The notes under the pieces were generated by a model that saw only the letters and a program-made list of their open reading frames with translations, had not been told where the DNA came from and searched no databases. From Candidatus Hodarchaeota archaeon (GTDB taxonomy: Archaea > Asgardarchaeota > Heimdallarchaeia > Hodarchaeales > Hodarchaeaceae): a stretch of 64,000 nt of DNA. The stretch lies in the NCBI GenBank assembly GCA_016839785.1, contig JAEOTQ010000177.1, positions 1 through 64,000 on the forward strand, read 5' to 3'. Positions 58,219 through 64,000 of this stretch are shown in pieces. Within the stretch, counting starts at the first letter, position 1, and the number at the start of each line of letters is the position of its first letter. Both the position numbers and the translations under genes were made by a program.

Positions 58219-59637
58219 ATGTCTGAATTAAGTATTTGTGCTTGCCTAATCTATAATATTAATGAAGTGCATACAATGAGAAAGGGATCAACAACTGTCT
58301 CAATTTACGAGATAATGAAGGGATATATTAGCTTGAACTGGAATGTCCGATTAGCTTACATACAAACAATTGCTCAAAGTGTAAGTTTTGGGATTATTCA
58401 GACTGCTTTTTCCATATTCATCACTCAAGGTCTTGGACATAGTGAATTTACACTTGGGAACCTTTTTACCGTATCGGGAGTCGCCTCAACCCTTTTCGTC
58501 TTCCCTTCAGGTTGGTTTGCAGATAAGTATCGGAGAGACATTCTAATTCGCATATCAGTTTTGTTTGGCTTGTTAGGACAAGCAATACTCATTTATTCCA
58601 CGTTGATCATTGCTCCTGCGACTAATACGATTGATTATTTATTCATCAGTCAAATTTGTGGAGGTCTCGGGTTTGGTCTCTCGGGTCCTGCATCACAGGC
58701 ATTATTAGCTGATAGTATCGAACCTGGACATCGGAGTAAAACTTTCGCAAACATGCACTTTATAAATTTACTTGCAGCCGCATTAGGCCCTTTTTTGGCG
58801 GCAGGGTTGACGATTCTAATAGGCGATTCATGGGAACTTAATATTTTACAAGTATTAATTGTAAGTGGGGCGATATTTTCGGTATTCGCATATGGGGTGA
58901 TCTTCTTTGTTTCTGACAAATATTCCCTTGAAAACGGCCATTTACCTAATTCCGCGGAAAAATCAAAAACGAAAGAGCAGATAGATCATGAGATACCAAT
59001 TTCTTCTAATAATAAATCATATGATATGTTTGTTCCGGTGATACTAGTAGTCTCAGGCGTGATCATAGGATTTGGTGCAGGAGCAACTGTAGCTTTCTTT
59101 CCAGTTCTCTTTGCTGATCCAGAAATTGGATATAATTTATCACCACTTCTTACGTATAGTATTGTTGGAGTAGGTAGTGTTTTTACTGGATTAGCTGGAT
59201 TAGGAGCCCAACGACTGTCACGTAGGATTGGTAGAGTATTATCAATGTTCATTGTGCAACTGCTAGCCATCATCTGTCTCCTAGGTATTGTAACTAATCT
59301 CTATTTATTTCAAAATAGTCTTATTGATGTTTCACTGTCTGTTATGATATTAGCAGTCTTCTATATTAGTCGTAATGCCCTAATGAATGCTTCAGGTCCT
59401 GTAAGTAGAAGCTTAATCATGGACATTGTTCCTACAAGTTCACGTGCAAAGTGGAACAGTATGGAAACACTAGCCTGGGGTATGTTTTGGTCTGTATCAG
59501 CGAGTATCGGTGGGTGGGTTGTTGTAGAATTCGGATTCACTTATGTTTTTCTATTTACTGCCACTCTGTATACAATAGCAACGTTCTTGCTACTAGCTAT
59601 CAAAAATAGGGCTCCCTCTGAAGCTAAAGATCTTTGA
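58219..59637 (+). CDS. MFS transporter (start probably 58276 or 58314)
   Basis: About 12 TM; GWFADKYRR and RLSRRIGR motif-A loops. Confidence 0.9.
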   Translation: MSELSICACLIYNINEVHTMRKGSTTVSIYEIMKGYISLNWNVRLAYIQTIAQSVSFGIIQTAFSIFITQGLGHSEFTLGNLFTVSGVASTLFVFPSGWFADKYRRDILIRISVLFGLLGQAILIYSTLIIAPATNTIDYLFISQICGGLGFGLSGPASQALLADSIEPGHRSKTFANMHFINLLAAALGPFLAAGLTILIGDSWELNILQVLIVSGAIFSVFAYGVIFFVSDKYSLENGHLPNSAEKSKTKEQIDHEIPISSNNKSYDMFVPVILVVSGVIIGFGAGATVAFFPVLFADPEIGYNLSPLLTYSIVGVGSVFTGLAGLGAQRLSRRIGRVLSMFIVQLLAIICLLGIVTNLYLFQNSLIDVSLSVMILAVFYISRNALMNASGPVSRSLIMDIVPTSSRAKWNSMETLAWGMFWSVSASIGGWVVVEFGFTYVFLFTATLYTIATFLLLAIKNRAPSEAKDL

Positions 59638-59758
59638 AGATGAAAAAAGTAGTGAACCTCTTCATCGAACGAATTATTCATCCTAACGATCAGATTCGGA
59701 TTCTGATACTCAGACATATGCCTTTAGAACACAAGAGGTTCAAGATATTCTATGAGTA

Positions 59759-61060
59759 ATGAATTATAACCTTTTTTACTATATTGTTGAATCGAGTCAA
59801 CTAGATAATTTGATAAGGAACAGAGTGATTTATTGTAGATGGTCGTGTCTCAATTTGAGGATGAGGAGAATTATTATCTACTGGTTGGTATTCTCCCTAA
59901 TTCTGGTTGTTGGATACCTTTTTTTACAAGTACTACATAGTATTAATTTTTGGGAGAATCTTGGCATTATTCCCGCTCCCGATCATATTGAGCCATTTTC
60001 TACAATCGGCATGACTTTTTTTACCATGGCCCTCGTTGTAGGGTGGAGTATCATCTTTAGTGGGGTGATCTGGAAGTTGATAGGTCATATATATTCACCC
60101 TCTCAACCAATATTTCGACTAATTTTCGAATTATCTCAGTCTTGGATATCGCTTTCTTTTTTTGAGATTTGTATATTCATCAATTTCACTGTTCTTTCAA
60201 CTCTTGTCACGAATAGTAAAAACACCTTTCGTCCTACAGGTCAAATTTTGCTAGAAGTAGCTTGGATCAACTTTGTCCTGGTTTGTCTGTTTTATACTTT
60301 CATAGGAATTCAAGCAGCACGAAAAAACCTTGAAGTAACCCGTTTCGTCAGTAAACTAGCTTATGATTTCCTTCAAATATTATTTATGACCTTTGAAGGA
60401 GGACTCATCTTCCTTCCTTTTGGGTTGTTCGAGTTTCTGATTAACATGAGTAATTACCCAGTACTTTTGCTTTCCTTACTTATCTATAGCTACAATGCAT
60501 TCTTGGCTGCATTTATTATTGAATTCTTAATCTGGACTGATGAGAGGGTGAAAAAGGAAGAGGCAGCAAAAAATGCTAAGACTAGCTTTCGAATCTTCAT
60601 CTTAGACACTTCAATGATTGTTTTTCCCCTGTTATTGATAGCCACTTTCATGGTTTATCCATTTTATATTCCTCTTCAATCCGTACCGGTATGGATTTTT
60701 CTAGTTGAGTTTTTGGTCATATTCTCAATTTTTGCATCAATTCTTTATAGTTTTGGTAAGATAATAGCTCCCAGGTTATCCAAAGACAGTTTATCAAAGA
60801 TTCAAATTCTGAAATATAGATTTGAAGTATTGCTCGCAACTAGAGGAACTATGTTTAATTACCCTACTCCCATCGATATTTTTTTAGGAGGAGAATTAAC
60901 AGAAAAGATCGAACATCGCTGGGAAAAAGTTTCACTAAAGATGGCGTGTGGGCAATGTTATCATGTATTTGAAGCTGAGGCTCTCAGAAAGGGAACAAAT
61001 ATTAAACCTATTCCATGTGCATTTTGTGGTTCATTGGCCACAACCCCAGTATGGGAATAA
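59759..61060 (+). CDS. Multi-pass membrane protein with C-terminal Zn ribbon (start probably 59861)
   Basis: About 8 TM, then ACGQCYHVF...IPCAFCG. Confidence 0.7.
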   Translation: MNYNLFYYIVESSQLDNLIRNRVIYCRWSCLNLRMRRIIIYWLVFSLILVVGYLFLQVLHSINFWENLGIIPAPDHIEPFSTIGMTFFTMALVVGWSIIFSGVIWKLIGHIYSPSQPIFRLIFELSQSWISLSFFEICIFINFTVLSTLVTNSKNTFRPTGQILLEVAWINFVLVCLFYTFIGIQAARKNLEVTRFVSKLAYDFLQILFMTFEGGLIFLPFGLFEFLINMSNYPVLLLSLLIYSYNAFLAAFIIEFLIWTDERVKKEEAAKNAKTSFRIFILDTSMIVFPLLLIATFMVYPFYIPLQSVPVWIFLVEFLVIFSIFASILYSFGKIIAPRLSKDSLSKIQILKYRFEVLLATRGTMFNYPTPIDIFLGGELTEKIEHRWEKVSLKMACGQCYHVFEAEALRKGTNIKPIPCAFCGSLATTPVWE

Positions 61061-61066
61061 ATTGCT

Positions 61067-61570
61067 CTAATAAGTCTCCCGATGCACAAGTTTTTCCAAA
61101 TTTTTTCGGTTCGATTCTCGAGTATGATCAGGATAACCCACCGCAACTATTGCTAACACACGTAATTTCTCGGGGATATTCAGCATGGATTTAATTTCTT
61201 TCTCAATTTGCGGTTTATTAATAACTCCTGCCCAACAGGTACCCAAACCCAAGGCGTGAGCCATAATCATAAATTGCATAGTGGCAAGAGCGGTATCTGA
61301 TTGATGGTAATCCTGATGGATAGTCGGGTCAGTGAGTGGAATAAAGATAACAGGACTTTCTGCAACAAATTTAGCATAAGGATGGATAGCTGCCATTTTA
61401 TTTCGAATTTCAGAGTCAGTTACAATCATGAACTCCCAAGGTTGCTTATTTGATGCGGAGGGAGCCCATTGAGCAGCTTCAAGACATTTCTGAATTTTTT
61501 CTTCTTCTACAGGCGTTGATTTATATTTTCTAATACTTCGACGGGTTTTTAGTAATTCTAAGACGTCCAT
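61067..61570 (-). CDS. Nitroreductase family protein
   Basis: RRSIRKY, APSASNKQPWEF, GLGTCW, VGYP. Confidence 0.93.
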   Translation of the reverse strand: MDVLELLKTRRSIRKYKSTPVEEEKIQKCLEAAQWAPSASNKQPWEFMIVTDSEIRNKMAAIHPYAKFVAESPVIFIPLTDPTIHQDYHQSDTALATMQFMIMAHALGLGTCWAGVINKPQIEKEIKSMLNIPEKLRVLAIVAVGYPDHTRESNRKNLEKLVHRETY

Positions 61571-61590
61571 TATAATTCCTTCTAGTTTTT

Positions 61591-62562
61591 CTATGTTACT
61601 TTCCAGCTCTGCAATTCACGTAAAGAAACATTTGCCCCGCAGAGAATGATACCTATCTTTTCGAAGGGGGATAAATCAAACTTTTTCTCAAGAAGGGCAG
61701 CAACGATACACGAAGTTGCGGGTTCCACCAATATTTTTTCTTCCATTAGTAAGAACTTTAGGGCTTTTAGTGCCTCCTCATCAGTCACTGTTTGCATATC
61801 ATTAACACTTACTTTTATGCGAGCCAACGTATCTTCTGTTGTTTGTTGAGCTCCTAAAGTTTTGGCAATACTAGTGATTGCAGGTAGATGCTCTATTTTT
61901 CCTGATTTGAAACTTTGGGTTACCGCGTGAGCACCAATTGTTTCTACTCCATAAACATGGATTTCAGGTTTCATTTGTTTAGCAACCATCCCCACTCCAC
62001 TAATTAGCCCACCTCCACCGACTGATAAGAATATAGCGTCGAGATCTGATTGTTCATTCAACATTTCAACTGCTATCGTTCCTTGTCCTCTAACTACAGC
62101 CACATCGTCAAACGCATGGACATAGGGTAACTGCATTTTTTCCGCATATTCTTGCGCTTTTACATCCGCTTCATCCCATGATGACCCATGGAGAACGGGA
62201 GTTCCTCCCCAAAATTTAATTGATTCAATTACTTCTTTTCCTGAATTAGCTGGAAGATAGACGATAGCAGGGATTTTAAGCTCATTACAAATGTAAGACA
62301 CAGCTAAACCATGATTTCCTCCACTAGCTGTTACCACACCTTCCTCGCAATTCTCTAGTGAGAGTATTTTTGAACATGCCCCTCTTACCTTGAAGGATCG
62401 CGTGGGTTGGAGATATTCTAATTTGTAATAGACTTTTTTATTAAGTAATACCTCTAATGCATATCCACGAATGATAGGACTTCGTAAAATATATGGCCGA
62501 ATCGTAGAAAGAGTTTTTTGGACTTCTTGAAGGGTTAAGCCCGCATAGAGATTCTTCGCCAT
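61591..62562 (-). CDS. PLP-dependent threonine/serine dehydratase
   Basis: KLEYLQPTRSFKVRGA, ASGGNHG, VGGGGLISG, VEP, CGAN. Confidence 0.92.
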   Translation of the reverse strand: MAKNLYAGLTLQEVQKTLSTIRPYILRSPIIRGYALEVLLNKKVYYKLEYLQPTRSFKVRGACSKILSLENCEEGVVTASGGNHGLAVSYICNELKIPAIVYLPANSGKEVIESIKFWGGTPVLHGSSWDEADVKAQEYAEKMQLPYVHAFDDVAVVRGQGTIAVEMLNEQSDLDAIFLSVGGGGLISGVGMVAKQMKPEIHVYGVETIGAHAVTQSFKSGKIEHLPAITSIAKTLGAQQTTEDTLARIKVSVNDMQTVTDEEALKALKFLLMEEKILVEPATSCIVAALLEKKFDLSPFEKIGIILCGANVSLRELQSWKVT

Positions 62563-62564
62563 GG

Positions 62565-63356
62565 TTATCCCTTTTTTGAGTAATATTTCTTTGCGAGGAT
62601 GGCAGCTCCATAAGCTCCATTCATCTGAGGCTCTGCTGGAATTTTAAGCTCTACTTCTAATTCTCTTTCCAGCATTGTTCTTACTGCAGGATTTAACGCT
62701 ACTCCACCTGTTAGAGATATTTCTGGGTGAATACCTACACGAGCGGCAAGCGCTATGATTTTACTCACGATGGAAGTATGAATTCCTGCAATAATATCAT
62801 CACGATCCGCCCCTTGATTTATTCTAGAGATTACTTCAGATTCAGCAAATACCGTGCATGTACTTGAGATTTTACTTGGTGATGTTGATTTAAGCCCCAT
62901 AGGCCCAAAGTCTTCTATCGAGACTTCCAAGGCACTAGCCATTACTTCCAAAAATCTTCCTGATCCAGCAGAACATTTATCATTCATCTCAAAATCTTGA
63001 ACCTGACCCTTTTCATTGACACGAATTACTTTTGAATCCTGTCCTCCAATATCAATTATTGTTTGAATTGAAGGGTCAGAGTGATGAGCTCCTACAGCGT
63101 GACAGGTTATTTCAGTTATAGTTTTGTCAGCATTCTCCACTAATTTCCGTCCATACCCCGTTGATATGATATAATCAATTTTTTGTTTACCAAAAAAGTC
63201 TTGAGCATTATTTAGCAGGTTTCTTGCAATATTACCTGGTGCATAGCCCACTTTTTTTAATTGAGAAAAATTATTTTTATTAGAAGGATCTTTGGTATTT
63301 AGGACCACAATTTTTGCAGTAAGTGAACCAATATCTATACCTGCGACGAGTGCCAT
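62565..63356 (-). CDS. 2-hydroxyacyl-CoA dehydratase activase (HgdC/BadF-type ASKHA ATPase)
   Basis: GIDIGS, TGYGR, EITCH, IDIGGQDSK, MNDKCSAGSGRFLE, STCTVFAESE, GGVA. Confidence 0.93.
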   Translation of the reverse strand: MALVAGIDIGSLTAKIVVLNTKDPSNKNNFSQLKKVGYAPGNIARNLLNNAQDFFGKQKIDYIISTGYGRKLVENADKTITEITCHAVGAHHSDPSIQTIIDIGGQDSKVIRVNEKGQVQDFEMNDKCSAGSGRFLEVMASALEVSIEDFGPMGLKSTSPSKISSTCTVFAESEVISRINQGADRDDIIAGIHTSIVSKIIALAARVGIHPEISLTGGVALNPAVRTMLERELEVELKIPAEPQMNGAYGAAILAKKYYSKKG

Positions 63357-63523
63357 TCGTTTTATCAGTCCTAGACAATTCTTGCATAAATTTTCCTTTG
63401 ATCAGGTCGTTGCAATTTAGCATTATAAACTAAGTCGTGTGCTAATAATATTTGATGAGGAGGATTTTGGTTAACGAATTAATGGAAAGAAAATATTGGA
63501 AAAAATTTTAAAAATGAATTTAC

Positions 63524-64000
63524 TCAACAATAAATGCATAAATCATTAGCCCGTATATGCTTGGAGCAATACCACTTTTGACAGTTGTTACACTGCCGAA
63601 ATGTTGAGTAATAGTCAACTTGGTTATTTGATTGATCAAGTGCTTTCCGTAATGAGGTGATCATTTTGTCTCGCTCAACATTTGACACAATCAATTCATC
63701 TAATTCATTAAGAAAGGTAAATGAATCAAGAGAGGTAATTTGTTGCTCTGAATCAGTTATTTGTTTCAATTTTGTAAATAGTAGATCGATATTTGACATT
63801 TTTTCCTGATCTAATTGTTCCCATCCTTCTGGAAACGACTCTATAAGTGTTAAAACTTGTGAAAAGTAAATTAATTTACGCCATCCAATTGCATCATCGT
63901 ATTTATACAGAAAATGTTTGCATAAAGCATGATTGCACTTAAAAACTAGGGAAATTTTGTCTATAGCTTTGTTATACTTTATACTACTCGGAATAGGAAG
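63524..64000 (-). CDS. Partial hypothetical protein with Cys/His zinc-finger motifs (5' end beyond the window)
   Basis: Frame is open to base 64000 (LPIPSSIKY...FKCNHALCKH...). C-terminal CNNCQKWYCSKH......CIYC. Confidence 0.65.
   Translation of the reverse strand, partial: LPIPSSIKYNKAIDKISLVFKCNHALCKHFLYKYDDAIGWRKLIYFSQVLTLIESFPEGWEQLDQEKMSNIDLLFTKLKQITDSEQQITSLDSFTFLNELDELIVSNVERDKMITSLRKALDQSNNQVDYYSTFRQCNNCQKWYCSKHIRANDLCIYC

Noticed and set aside
1-64000. CRISPR arrays, tRNA/rRNA genes, transposases/integrases, cheF and archaellum genes
   Set aside because: None recognised by eye. tRNAscan, CRISPR finders and HMM searches would be needed to exclude short or divergent cases.

Overview
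AT-rich, gene-dense archaeal DNA, most likely from an Asgard archaeon (Heimdallarchaeia/Hodarchaeales-like). This assignment is inferred from gene content: a Rab-like small GTPase, two longin-like proteins, a GGGP synthase homologue, tungsten AOR, a SAMP/Urm1-type protein and archaeal oligo-T terminators. Much of the window is housekeeping or metabolic: a dpp/opp ABC transporter, HADs, two LeuC/HacA + LeuD/HacB pairs, an isocitrate/isopropylmalate-family dehydrogenase, M42 peptidase, an RsmB-type methyltransferase, radical SAM, MFS and others. The standout is a ~13 kb minus-strand chemosensory cluster (24.4-37.4 kb): cheB, longin-like gene, cheW, 4xCheW, cheY, cheA, cheC, cheD, cheR, longin+pseudo-receiver gene, and an MCP flanked by two MCP remnants. 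It has no cheF or archaellum gene in the window. Two longin-like (eukaryotic-signature, small-GTPase-regulator fold) genes sit inside the operon, which suggests a Che system whose output goes to small-GTPase signalling. Other oddities: a DppF ATPase with an inserted membrane hairpin, a double-anchored glycosylated vWA surface protein, a MinD/ParA homologue lacking Walker A, probable ATT/ATC start codons, and an orphan Afp15/Pvc15-like AAA domain. I saw no rRNA, tRNA, CRISPR array or transposase. All family calls come from motif recognition by eye, not from database searches.
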